A DNA stretch of 64,000 nucleotides from Lama glama. Lineage: Eukaryota. The notes beneath the pieces were generated by a model. It made no database searches. It saw only the letters and a list, made by a program, of their open reading frames with translations, and had not been told where the DNA came from. The stretch is taken from positions 103,046,001 through 103,110,000 of the forward strand of contig CM052817.1 in NCBI GenBank assembly GCA_028534125.1, in the 5' to 3' direction. The translations under genes and the position numbers were made by a program. Positions 23,016 through 35,591 of the stretch are shown here, in pieces. Each line of letters opens with the position of its first letter. Within the stretch, counting starts at the first letter, position 1.

Positions 23016-25069
23016 CGGCTGCGGTATGTTGGGAAACCATAACAATCAGACAGAGGACGGAAGAAGTGACTCAAGCAGGTAGATTAGAATGGGCAGAACT
23101 GAGATATCACCAGAGTAGAGGCAGTTAGAAACCTGCTTAGGTGGAGGAATACTTAAAAGATGAGATCTGAACCGTGCTTTAAATAAGATCTCATTGCAGA
23201 CTCAGGAGTATAAAATGGAACACAGGTGGTGGAAGTTTAAAACAGCGTGAACTCATGGGAGAGAAGGTTCATTTCCTTGGAGGAGGAATGGAGAACAAGA
23301 TTTCCACAAAAAAAGAAAACAGACAAAAGAGAGAGTAAACCTAATAGAAACTTAAGGAGAAGAGATCCAAATCAGAAGAGAAATTAAATGATAGAAAACA
23401 TATGAAAACTATTAAGATAGAAAAATAAGGAAAATTGAGGAATCAAGTATTAGCTTCTGAAATTTGAATCAAGCCAAATTTTTAAGGCAGAAAGGAGAGC
23501 TGAATCATCTGATTTCAAAGGTAGGAAAATTGGAACAAATGATTAAATTGAGGGGAAAAAAATGAGGAGCAGAATTGTGTGGTTTGTTCCTTTTTAGAGG
23601 TTAAATGGAATACTCTTTTGAAACATGTATTAAAAGCATCTGATTCCACATAAGGAACTTTGAAAAGCAGAGCCGGGAAGAGACTCTGCTTGTCTTCCTG
23701 TGCCTTTTGTAAGTACTTAGGTGGGTGTATTTGGGTGGAAACATGAGGTTTTTAAAAAAACTCTCTGATCCTCCCCCACCCGACCTGAAATTCTAAAGCT
23801 GTGTTTATGACAACACAATCTTTTCTACAGTAACTAAAGAGCTGTCAGCTAAAGAGGATTATTACTTAAGTTGAGAAATAAGCAACTAAAAACTCTTAAA
23901 CCACAAAGAACAGGTTCCCATGCCAATATCCAAAGTGACAAAGCCAAAGCAATGCAAATACAGAAAACGTTCTGTGCTGGGAAGACCTGACTGACCCTCT
24001 AGTGACTGGTCTCCGCACTTCATGGAAACATTTCTACGATTTAACCCAATATAGGCAGACTTGGGTGAATTTTACTGGTTCCTCAGACACAAATTTATCA
24101 ATGGGTATCCAAACTCAAAAGGAAGGCATCTGGTTTGTATCCGACTTACCACCCACACATGATATAAAAGATCCAAACTGAATCATTTGGGCTCTCTGTG
24201 ATAAGAATTATAAATTCCTTGTGGACGGTTTGAGACGGTTCAAATCCCATCAAAGAAAATAAATTAAACTTTCAGTGAACGTTGCCTGGGAGGTAGTTCT
24301 AGGGAAAGCTGTGATGTATTACTATTTTAGGAAAGCTATCAGACCACCTACCAAGTGGTAGCAAAAAAGCTACCACATAGTTTTCTATAGTGAGCTCACT
24401 TTCCTTCTCTTTATTAATTCAATTTCAGACTGCTTCGCCCTTCTCTTTTTTCTATTTGTGGCTACCAATAGGGAAGAGTTTTAATATTGTTTACAACAAA
24501 CTATTTATGTGCTTAATAAGCTATAGATTAAGAAAAAAAATCTTAGGTATACTAGCTCATGTCAAAGAAAAAAGTAACTGGAAAAGAAATGATCTTAATT
24601 AAATATATATTTTAAATAAAACAAATCTACAAGGTGCCCACTTTACTTTTTTCAGTCATAAAGATACGTCTTAGAACCTGTATTTCAATCTGCCAACAGC
24701 AAACTAAATTGATACAGGACATATTGATACCATGTAAGCAATTTACTCTTAGTAACAGTAACTGTGCTACTGGAGAATTTTAAAGTCTTTAACGATTTTT
24801 TTTTAAGAATTTTATGCCCTCTTTTATTTAACTTTAAAATAAATGTAAAATTTAGGGTTTTTCTAATGCAGAATAGATGCAAATATAATCTGAACCACAA
24901 AACGTTGGAACTTCTCATTCCTCAAATTTCAGCAATTCAGGGAGCTGGATTAACTCGGCTGAGTTAGTAGTATCCATTTTACTACAGAGATGCTCCTTAG
25001 TCATCATAAAGAGTTTAGAGACCTCACTGGATGCTTCCTTCACAAGTAGCTTCAGAAAAAGTAATTGGT

Positions 25070-25240
25070 AGTTTTAAGAATGTGGAATTGAAAGTGAAAG
25101 ATCTAGAATCTGTTCTCACCTTAGCTACTTTTACCAGCCAGGTGACCTTGGTTAAACCAATCAGTACTTAGTTTCTTCTGGCAAATTCGGGACACTATCA
25201 ACTGCAATTCTCTCACAGAATTGTGAGAATCAATTCAAAA
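25070..25240 (+). mobile_element. MIR SINE
   Basis: GTGACCTTGG...CTTAGTTTCTTC...CTCACAGAATTGTGAGAATCAA. Confidence 0.6.
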
Positions 25241-25259
25241 ACTCTATTTAGATGTTTCT

Positions 25260-25461
25260 TTTTTTTTCTCATTTTTTAATTTTTATTTTTCATATATATT
25301 TTTATTGACATAATCAGTTTACCATGTATCAATTTCTGGTGTACAGCACAATACTTCAGTCATATAGGAACATACATATATTTTTTTTCACATTATTTTT
25401 AACCATAAGTTACTACAAGGTATTGAATATAGTTCCCTGTGCTATATAGTATAAATTTGTT

Positions 25462-25522
<61 letters not shown>

Positions 25523-26528
25523 GTAGTATCTGCAAATCTCGAACTCCCAATTTATCCTTTCCCACCCTCTTCCCCACTGGTAACTATAAGTTTGTTTTCT
25601 ATGTCTGTGAGTCTGTTTCTGTTTTGTAAATAAGTTGTCTTTTTTTTTTTTTTTAGATTCCACTTATAAGCAATATCATATGTATTTTTATTTCTCTTTC
25701 TGGCTAACTTCACTTATAATGACATTCTCCAGGGCCATCCATGTTGCTGCAAATGGCAGTATTTTATTCTTTTTTATGACCGAGTAGTATTCCATTGTAT
25801 AAATATATCATATTTTTATCCAGTCATCTATTGATGGACATTTAGGTTATTTGCATGTCTTGGCTTTGGTAAATAGTGCTGTTATGAACATTGGGGTGCA
25901 TGTGACTTTTGAATTAAGATTTTCCTCTGGATATATGCCCAAGAGTGGGATTGCTGGATCATATGGTAAGTCTGTTTTTAATTTTTTGAGGAATCTCTGT
26001 ACTGTTTTCCATAATGGCTGCACCAAGCTACGTTCCCACCAACAGTGTAGGAGAGTTCCCTTTCTCCACACCCTCTCCAGCATTTATCGCTTGTGAACTT
26101 TTTAATAATGGCCATTCTGACTGGTGTGAGGTGATATCTCATTGTAGTTTTGATTTTCATTTCTCAATTAGCAATATTGAGCATTTTTTTCTTGTGCCTA
26201 TTGGCCACTTGTATGTCTTTATTGGAGAATTGCTTGTTTAGGTCTTCTGCGCATTTTTGGATTGGGTTTTTGTTTTTGTTTTTGTTTTTTTCTTATTAAA
26301 TTGTATGAGCTGTTTTTATGTTCTGGAAATTAAGCCCTTCACAGTTTAATCTTTTGCAAATATTCTCCAATTCTGTAAGTTGTCTTTTGTCTTTGTTTTA
26401 CTTATGGTTTCCTTTGCTGTGCAAAAGCTTATAAATTTAATTAGGTCCCATTTGTTTATTTTTGCTTTAGGCAAAACATTATCCTACATAAATCTCAGCA
26501 ATGTTCTCCTGGGCAACCAAGCAATAGA
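25260..26528 (-). mobile_element. L1 with 5' inversion (twin-priming structure)
   Basis: Antisense L1 25260-26468, then a sense piece 26469-26528 (AGGCAAAACATT...CAAGCAATAGA). TSD TAGATGTTTCT (25249-25259) / TAGACATTTCT (26525-26535). Confidence 0.93.
25466..25520. repeat. (TA)n microsatellite within the L1 3' UTR
   Basis: Read directly. Confidence 0.97.
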
Positions 26529-27082
26529 CATTTCTATTGCCTTGAAAGAATTTGTGTGTATACATGTGAGGGAAATAAATGTAGAAATTGGGACAAAAGG
26601 AAAGTACCAAAGTCAGAAAAAGCCGGATGATCAATGTGTGAAAATGCATGACAGAAAATATACAAAACTGTGGCTAGAAGAGGGCTGAACATTTGGTGTA
26701 AAGATAAAGCCAAGAGAGAGAGGAACAGGAGAAATGGCAAGATTCATGGTGCCTATAAAAACAAACCAGTTGCTGGGGTGAGGCCAAAGATTTTATGATA
26801 TTGAACAATTAGAGAAATTTCTCTAGTTGACCTCAAAAAATATGTGTGCACTTTTACAAATAAAAATTGTCAACCTCTTTCCAAATACTTCCTTGGATCC
26901 ATAAAATGATGAATTCCATAGGACTGTTTCTTGTCATGAATCTTAGCACAGGCCAACATGGGGTTACAAAGTCAAATCACAGTTCAGTAGAAGCAAGTTC
27001 TTGTTATGTCAAATAGAAGTGTGGGGCAGGTACCAGCTCTTTACTGGCAGGTATGGGCATATTGTAAATGTATTTACCTAGA

Positions 27083-27300
27083 GGAGGCATTCTCAAACAT
27101 TTTGGTCTCAGGATAAACTTGGTATACAGAACTACTAGATATATGCCAAGTAAGTGTCTGGAGACAGCTCTTAAAAATAATAATTTTGATTTTGGAATAG
27201 TTGAACTTAACCCATTTTTAACAGGTAGTAAATTGTCTTTGAGCCACTTTTAAGTTCACAGTAGTCCAATGGCATCCTCAAAGAACTGAAGAACCTCTTA
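27083..27300. mobile_element. hAT-Charlie relic
   Basis: TTCTCAAACATTTTGGTCTCAGGA...CTCTTAAAAAT at one end and TGAAGAACCTCT at the other resemble Charlie TIR regions. Confidence 0.45.
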
Positions 27301-27929
27301 GTTCTGTCAACTGAGATAGACATTGAGCTGGAGGTATATATCTAACTTATTGTGTCTTTATAAGTCTACAACAGCTCCAAGTCAGAACATCTTCAAACAA
27401 CACTTTCGCTTATTTTTAAATGAATTTTTCTAGATAAAGGACTATTTCTAGGATTCAGCAGGGGAAAACACCAAGGGATTTCACAGCTGAGCAGTAAAAT
27501 GCTTGCCTATCTCAACTGGAATCTCGGTTCCCTTGATCTTATCCTCCAAATTTATGCTACAGGACATCTACCTGATCAGTAATTGTTCAATTCAGGTATT
27601 CCTACTCAAATTTATTATACCTGTTTTTTCAGGATAATGAGAAGTTTATAATAAGACTGAATTTGATTGAATCCTAAGTAACATCTTCCAAATTTCAATT
27701 ATCTATGGTTCTCAAAACCAGCAGTCCTGTGATAGCAGCCCTAAGGAGAATGAGCTCTACATTTGCCAAATCCAAATTAGATAGTGCTGGTTTAAATCTA
27801 AGAGTAAATCACTGGTAAAAAATGAAAGGGAGATTATTGTTCTAAGCACCAGAGATGGAGTTTTGAGTAAGCCTCACATTGCTTAATATTGAAATCCAGC
27901 TAACCTTTCCTAAGACTCTTCTTATTCTT

Positions 27930-30330
27930 TTTCTCCCAGCTTTAATGAGATGTAATTGACATATAATATTGCATAGGTGTAAGGTACACAACATGATGAC
28001 TTGATATACATACGTATCATGAAATGATGACACAATATGGTTAGTGAACACATCCATCATCTCAGTTACCGTATGTGTGTGGTGAGAAATTTTACGTTCC
28101 ACTCTCTTAGCGATTTTCAAGGTATACTATACAGTATTGTTAACTGGTCACCACTCTGGGCAGTACCTCGCCAGAACTGACTCATCTTATAACGGGAAGT
28201 TTGTACCTTGTGACCACCTTGAACCATTTCCCCTAACCTCCACCCTGGTAACCACTAATCTATTTTCTGTTTCTATAAGTCTGGTGTCTTTTTGTTTGTT
28301 TTTGTTTTTGTTTTTGTTTTTGTTTTTTGCATTCCACATATAAGTGATATCTCGTTGTGGTTTTGATTTGAATTTCCCTGATAATTAGTGATGTTGAGCA
28401 CCTTTTCATGTAACATTGGCCCTTTGTATGTCTTCTTTGGAAAAATGTCCATTCAGGTCCTCTGCCCATTTTTAATTAGATTATTTATTTTTGTGCTCTT
28501 AAGTTGTGTGAGTTCCTTGCATATTTTGGATTTTAATCCCTTATGAGATATATGGTTTGCAAATTATTTCTTCCCTTCTATGGCTTTTTCACATTGTTGA
28601 TTTTCTGTTTTCTTTTGCTGCACAGAAGATTTTTAGCGTGATATACTCCCACTTTATTTTTGCTTTTGTTGTTTGTGCTTTAAGTGCCAAAAGATAATTG
28701 CCAAGACCAATGTCAAGGAACTTTGTTTTAGGAGTTTCATAGTTTCAGGTTTTAAATTTAAATCTTTAACCATTTGAGCTAATTTTTGCGTGTGGTGTAA
28801 GATAGAGGTCCACTTAGATTCTTTTCACATGCATGTTTAGTTTCCCCAGCATCATTTACTAAAGAAACTATTCTTTCCCCATTAAGTTTTGAGAATACTT
28901 GTCAAACATTTTTTGACTATATATGCATGAATTTATTTCTTGGCTCCCTATTCTATTTCATTGGCCTATGTGTCTGTTTTTTGTTTGTTTGGTTTGGCTT
29001 GGTTTTTGGTTTTTTTTTTCTTTTTGGCAGTACCCATACTGTTTGATTACTATATAGTTTGAAATCAAGAAGTGGGATGCCTCCAGATTTGTTCTTCTTT
29101 CTCAAGATTCTTTTGGCTATTTGGGGTCTTTTTGGTTTCATACAAATTTCAGAATTCTTTTTTCTATTTCTGTAAAAATGCCATTGAAATTTTGATAAGG
29201 ATTACATTGAATCTAGATTGCTTTGGGTAGTATGGACATTTTAACAATATTAAATCTTCCAATTCATGAACATTTTCCATTTATTTGTGTATTCTTCAAT
29301 TTCTCTCTGCAGTCATCTCTTTGATGAGGTTTTGCAGGCTGTGTTCCCTGGCAGGGCGGTGGCCCTGCTAGGACCCCCTGATTGGGCAGAGCTGTGGCTG
29401 GACCCTGCAGTTGCTTCTGGGTGGGTGGGTTCTCAGGCTGTGTTCCCCAACCAGATGGTGTTTTCAGCTGCACGTCATGTTCAGATGGATGGGGCCTCAG
29501 GTTGCGGTCTGGTATCTGGCAGAGCATAGGCTATGTCCCAGAGTTGAGCAGGGCTGGAGGCTGGTCTTCAGGATCAAGGAGGCTGTACGATGTGCTCCAT
29601 GGGTGTTCAGTGTCATCTATGGCCACACTTTCCAAGGGGCAGGACTGGACATTTTGTTTAACAGTTGAGTGTAACTTTAAATTTGCTCCTCTGCCCAAGT
29701 GGGGGTCTAGAATTGGCTCCATGGCCAGTATGGCCATTGGCTGGGGACCAAATCAGGCAGTGCCACCAGGTGAGCTCTCTGGCCAGACCGGGTCACCAAT
29801 TTGGCTTTGCAGATGGCCTGAGCTGCTGGATGGGGTCTCTGCTCAGACACCACTGTGAGCAGGAACTCAGTCTGCCAAGACCTGAGTGCTGGCTGATGTA
29901 AGCCCTGGCCCCCTGCTCCATTTCTCTTTGATCCCCAGTGGTCAAGCCTCCTAGACTCCCCCAGTGGTTCCCATGAGTAATCCCTATCTCAGGTGGGCCT
30001 CGCAGGAAGCATCCCCTAATGCTGAGGTAACTAAATGTCCATCTCGGGCTTTCTTGCCACTGGAGACACTGCAGACCCATGGCTGCCCTGTCAGTGCAGT
30101 GTTGTGCCAGCCTCGGGGAGGGACAATATGGTGAAAGTGAAATTGCTTCTCTTACCCTTCTAATGATGTCCTTGTCTGTCCCTGTGATCCAGGAGGGTGC
30201 TTCTGCCTTACCCCTAGGTTCTGGGATTTTCACAGTGGTATCTTATCCATGGATAGTTGCTAGCTGGCATCCTTGTGAGGGGGACTGAGGTTGGAAATGA
30301 CCTATGCTGCCATCTTAATGACATTACCCA
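27930..30330 (-). mobile_element. Internally deleted L1 (L1MA-like): 5' UTR fused to distal ORF2 plus 3' UTR
   Basis: 3' UTR ~27930-28350; ORF2 ~28350-29305 (MKPKRPQIAKRILRKKNKSGGIPLLDFKLY); GC-rich 5' UTR ~29306-30330 whose start reads rc GGTAATGTCATTAAGATGGCAGCATAGG. Confidence 0.85.
28289..28329. repeat. (TTTTTG)n repeat
   Basis: Read directly. Confidence 0.9.
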
Positions 30331-30842
30331 GTTCTCTATTTCTGCAGTGAGCTTTCACTGTGCACTCTTCTGGTGCTCCACGCGTGAGGAGTGTGAATGT
30401 CACACATCTTACTGCCTAAAGCAAGTGCAGGTCCTCTCAGGCGCCCAGTCTCCTGGGTTGGTGGGAGACATCTCAAGACTCCCTTACTCTTTTCAACTAT
30501 TACATTAGCTAAGTACAAGAGTTAAGTTAGTTATAAATAACACTTTTATAAAATATAAGTACTCAATGATTGTCGCAAATGAGAAATTTAGGAAAGTATA
30601 AAAAATATAATAAAAACTGTATTGAGTTAATCTTTAACATCTCGGTATATGTACTTCCAGGCTATATAGATGTATTTATAGAAATAAATATATATATAGA
30701 AACTAGGATAAGATAGTAATATGTATATTTATGTATATAATTAGCACCATACTATATTTAGAATTATATATTCATTTTAACTAAAATTCCATAAGAAACA
30801 TTTTTTCTGTCAATAAAAATTCTTTAGAAATGATTTTTCTAG

Positions 30843-30930
30843 GAATATATATATGTACAACTGAATCACTATACTGTATACCAGGAATTCACACCACATT
30901 TAAAATTGACTATACTTCAATATAAAAAAG
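30843..30930 (+). mobile_element. Short L1 3' end
   Basis: ACTGAATCACTATACTGTATACCAGGAATTCACACCACATTTAAAATTGACTATACTTCAATATAAAAAA. Confidence 0.8.
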
Positions 30931-32557
30931 AAGTCAAAATGAAATAAAGGTCTCACTTCTTCTGATCACATTTTAAAAATAATTTTTAACTAGACACTAT
31001 AATTTAATTTTTTTTCTTTTCCTGTTAGCGATTTGGATTATTTGAAAATACTTTGAAAACTGTAGATCAAGGGTATAAATATGAATTATCATGATTACCA
31101 TGGCAATAGTCCCAGGAAGATGATAGTGCAATTTGGGTATTATCCTTTGTTGTGAAAAAGTGGCCATAGTTTACATTAATATATAAGCAAATTAACTAAG
31201 CAGAGAGAACAGTTTATTTGAAAATAGATGCTTTGACACCCAAACAAGTCAATTAACTTTTCTCAAAAGCCTGCTATAGAGTAACAGAATGACTATAGAA
31301 TAACTACCCACTTTTTTCGAATGAATTTTTCTGCACGGTTTGTCCTGTCTAATTTTATCAGCCTAATAAGAATCTATGCTTCAACTTCCTCACTGCTTTA
31401 GGCAGAAGTTCCTGTGAACACGTCAAACGTATGAGCGAATGGACAAATTGACATAGTGAGAGAGCACACACACAAAAGTGAGACGATGGCTGACCGATTT
31501 CCCTAATTACTGAAGTTTTAATGAGACGATAAAGCCCTTACTAAGGGCTTCCCAAGTTTTACTAGAAGTCAATACTCTTTCTATTCGCAAAATAAGGGCA
31601 GCCCAAACCTCTTCACAAAAGGGCAGTGTCATCCTCAGCTTACAGTTGATGGTCGCTCTTAGTGCCAAATGAAGCGACAATGCGCAGCATTGCTGAACGT
31701 GCAAACCAAGCAAGGCAGAGCTAAATAAGACATTTTTAAAAGGGGAAGTGATCTCACATGGTAAGCATGACAAAACAGTGAGGCCAAAATAACTGAATCT
31801 CATCTCTGCTTTAACACTGTCGCCCTGAGTCTTTACTCATCTGGGCATCAGAACCCACAACTGAATCATGTTCGTTCTCTTCTAATTCTACCACAGCACA
31901 TCTTTCCAACCAGCAGACATCTGAAGAATATGCTCTTTTCTCACCTGAACTACTTGTGTTTCACTTAAATTAATCCAGTTGGCATCCTTTGTTCATCACG
32001 CCATATGTTATTAGTTACTTACTATGACTAGTTACTTAAATATCTACATATTATCTCTAGACCCTAATTCCTATAATTTCCTCTTGTGGGATGCTCTACA
32101 CAGCCATGAATAGTTTTCAGCTTTTGCGTGAACTCCTGTATTTTTTCCCCAAATCAGTGAAATAAGAACAAAGAAGAAAATCAGGAAGTCAACAGCCTGT
32201 CTCCTTTATTTCTTCATGTTTCAGAAGCATTCTTTCTTTGGTAACACAGGGTACTTAATGGCTCTTACTATTGGTCCAAAACTCATACAACAGAGGATGG
32301 TAGTTCAGTTCTCAGCCCTGTAGACAAAATGTAGACAGTTATACTTGTTCAAGAAAATTGCACTGTCCCAAACTATTCTGATTTAGAAATATAATCCTTA
32401 GTTTGCTGTTGTTCTTACTACATTTGATGATTAGACCCTAAAAAGCAGAGTCATTTGACATGAAGTTGTATTAAATGATTTAACATTGTCATTATTCCCA
32501 AGAGAAGGAGGCGCTGTCTATCTTCTTAATCAACACAGAGGTTGGCTGTTGATTTTT

Positions 32558-32616
32558 TTTAACATTTTTTATTGATTCATAATCATTTTACAGTGTTGTG
32601 TCAAATTCCAGTGTTC
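32558..32616 (-). mobile_element. Ultra-short young L1 3' end (~59 bp)
   Basis: TTTATTGATTCATAATCATTTTACAGTGTTGTGTCAAATTCCAGTGT. Perfect 15-bp TSD TGGCTGTTGATTTTT (32543-32557, 32617-32631). Confidence 0.92.
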
Positions 32617-32899
32617 TGGCTGTTGATTTTTATCAATTGCATAAATTATTTTTAAACTTTTCAAAGAACTCACAGGAAAAAAGGACGTCACTGTATTTTG
32701 TAAAAGATTTCAAAATTCACTAATAATATGGTATTTAGTAAATGTCATTTTTTAAAGTTGTGAAATGCATATTTTTCTTATAACTCATTACCAGAATATA
32801 TTTGATATCCTCAAAATGCTGGTTTTGCAGTGGGCTCATTCAGCAAATATTTCTCTTCGCAGAAAGGTACTTCTGGGTGGCCAAGGTAATCGGGTTTGT

Positions 32900-33320
32900 T
32901 CCGGCAGCACTAATTGGCCCCCGTAGCCATGGAAGAGGAAACCAGGGGTAAACACCTGACTTAGATTCTCTTTTACAGGAATTAACTGAGACTAAGAGAA
33001 AACAGGTTCCTTAGTCTGTAGGTGGATCTAAGTATTTAAACTTAGGTGGTATGGGACAGCCATGTTGGCAGAGAAAACCATGCTACACAGAGAAAGTGAG
33101 TTTTGAAGACATATACAGAAAGAAATTGAGACACAAGATCATTTGGCCACAGTTAAGAGAAATCGAGTGAATAGCTGCCTCAATTTCTGATTTTTCAGTT
33201 CTTGATCCCAAGTCCTTCATGGTATGATTAAGCCCTGGATTCTTATATTTCCTTTTCATTTTTAAGTGCACTTAGAAGGGATTATGTAATTGTTTATTTA
33301 TAACCAAAAGGACACTAAAG
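32900..33320 (+). mobile_element. Ancient ERVL-class LTR (LTR33/LTR16-like)
   Basis: CAGCCATGTTG... and terminal TATAACCAAAAGGACACTAA resemble old ERVL LTR ends. Confidence 0.45.
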
Positions 33321-33339
33321 TTTACAGCTGTAGAACTGA

Positions 33340-34985
33340 TGGTATTGTCCATTGTATATAATATATTTTTCAGTTCAGAAATTTCCATTTGGTTCTTTTC
33401 TATGGTTTCGATTTTTTGGTTGAGATTCCTTTTTGTTCCCTGATTATATTTATCTTTGCTTTTAATTCCTCAATTACCTTTATAATAGCTATTTTAAAGT
33501 CCTTGTATGCTAACTACATTATATCCATAATGCTGCATATATTTTGATTTTTTGCTCACCTTTTCCCTACCTATGGGTCACAAATTTTTCTCTTCTTCAC
33601 ATAGCTAGTAACTTTTAGTGTATGTTACACATACGGGCAGACATTGTTGCATGTCTTCCTTGAATTTTAAGGTTTGTTCTGCCAGGTAGTTAATTTGTTT
33701 GTTACTTTTCTCAATCCTTTCAAGGCTTCTTTCCAAACTTTGTTAGGGTGGTCTCGAGTTTTCTTTACTCTAAGGAGAAATCAGCTCTACTCCTAAGGGG
33801 CGGCCTACCTGGGAACGCTACTGAAATCCTGAGCGCTCGCTGAGATCTCTCCACTCTGGGTAGCTAGCAATTGAATATTCCCCAACCTTTTACAAACTAC
33901 AGAAATTGTTGCCTTCTCGGCTCCCAGCAGTTTTTCTTCTTCTCCTTCTCCCTTTCCATCTTCATCGTTTTTTTGTTTTGTTTTGGTTTGGTTTTTCTGC
34001 TTATTCTTGTGGAGTTTTGCCCTGAACATGCGCAATATCGATTTCATGATCTCTTTGCAGTGTCCTCCATGGCAACTCTTCTCACACAATCCAGCTCTTT
34101 ACTCGCCCAAACTCTAATTTCTGCTCCATCAGCTCAGCAAGACCGCTGTCCTCTAGTTAGGTATCCTTTCCTTGCACAGTGGATGAGACAGTGTCTCCAA
34201 ACAGAAAGCCAGGGCCATCACAGAGCTCCCTTTGTGTGTTACCCATAACTGAGGGATTATATTCTTGAGCCTTTTATCTAGCCTCCAAAAAAAATTAATT
34301 TCATATAACTTGTCCTGTTTAATAATCTTTTTTTGTTGGGTGCTTAGTCTGGGACCAATTAGTCTATTATGGAAAACATCTAAATTGACTGATTGTAAAT
34401 TGTTCTTTAAAATTAATTTTATTTAAAATGAATCTACATACTGACTATATTTTTTGTTTACCATTTGCTTAGTATTAAGTTTCTTTGTACATTTTAAAAA
34501 TTCTGTTAATAGGCTACTGTGAGTCAGAGAGTTTTTATTACTTTGATCTCACTTTCGCTTCCTCTGTGCCTCTTCCACTCAGCCCAAGGGCTGTCTTTCC
34601 AGTACTAGCTCTTGTAGTGATATTTTGGGTTATCTGTCCTGCAGCAATATATCAGATCTAGACACAGAACATGTGGGTACCTTGCTTCATGCATGATCAC
34701 AAGGGTCTTCCTAGGTACCGTATAGTCATCACATTTTCAGAACTGAAACAGTGTGTAGAGCACTCATCACTGTCCCCACAAACACTTTAGTCCCCTTTGT
34801 AGTGAGTAGAACTCAGAGCTACTACTGCATACCTGCGTATTTGAAGCCCAATAGGGTCAGCCCTTCACATCATTTTTCTAAGGTTTCTCTAGTGTTTGGT
34901 TAACTCTTTTATACTTCATCTTTTATTGCTCTGTATTTGGAGCAAAGCATGAAGTCACTGAGCCACCTTGACCAGAATACATCTC
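33340..34985 (-). mobile_element. Ancient L1M/HAL1-type 5' regions (probably two pieces)
   Basis: TTTTCAGTTCAGAAATTTCCATTTGGTTCTTT...ATAATAGCTATTTTAAAGTCCTTG (antisense ORF1 start) and terminal GCCACCTTGACCAGAA. Confidence 0.6.
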
Positions 34986-35591
34986 TAATGACCAATCAGA
35001 CTTCTTTCTCTGAAATTCCCATAACTTAAACATGAGCTAGACTAAAAATTCTGATTTTATAAAACCGGAAAAAAATAGTAAGTCATTAAATAGCATACCC
35101 CTATCAGAAAGTAATACCCTGTACTTATAAAAGGAACAGAATCATTGTATAAATTGTTACCAAAAAGTTTTTAAATCCCAAAACACTATCACTTCGTTAA
35201 ATTTGTCTCCTTCCTTTCTGTGCCCACAATGAAATATCAGTGAAAAAGTGAAGTATCAGTTAGAATTACTATCATATGGCTTATGCTTGACATGGGCAGG
35301 CATACATTTTTAAATCCCTCCACTTCTACATGTGAAATAATGGAGCTGAGGTAGGTAATCTCTACTGTCCCCTCCCCGACCTTCTTGTTCTCTGTATCAA
35401 CATATTGTCTCAACAGAAAATTACCCTGATGTATTGTAGCCTTTGAGTTTACTACCACTAGCTAGGCAAACTGTTCTGAAAGATTCACTAACCAAATTCA
35501 GATGCTCAAATCACAGCTTACTGAATCAATTTAAAACACATAGTGAGAAGCAAGGAGAAAGCAATGGGGTAGGTTAAAACACTTGGGACCA

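Noticed and set aside
26521..26540. GCAATAGA-CATT-TCTATTGC hairpin as a functional RNA structure
   Set aside because: It sits at the twin-priming junction and is explained by L1 sequence abutting a similar flank.
29382..30233. 158-aa and 146-aa ORFs
   Set aside because: They lie in a GC-rich L1 5' UTR where stops are rare; no protein similarity recognised.
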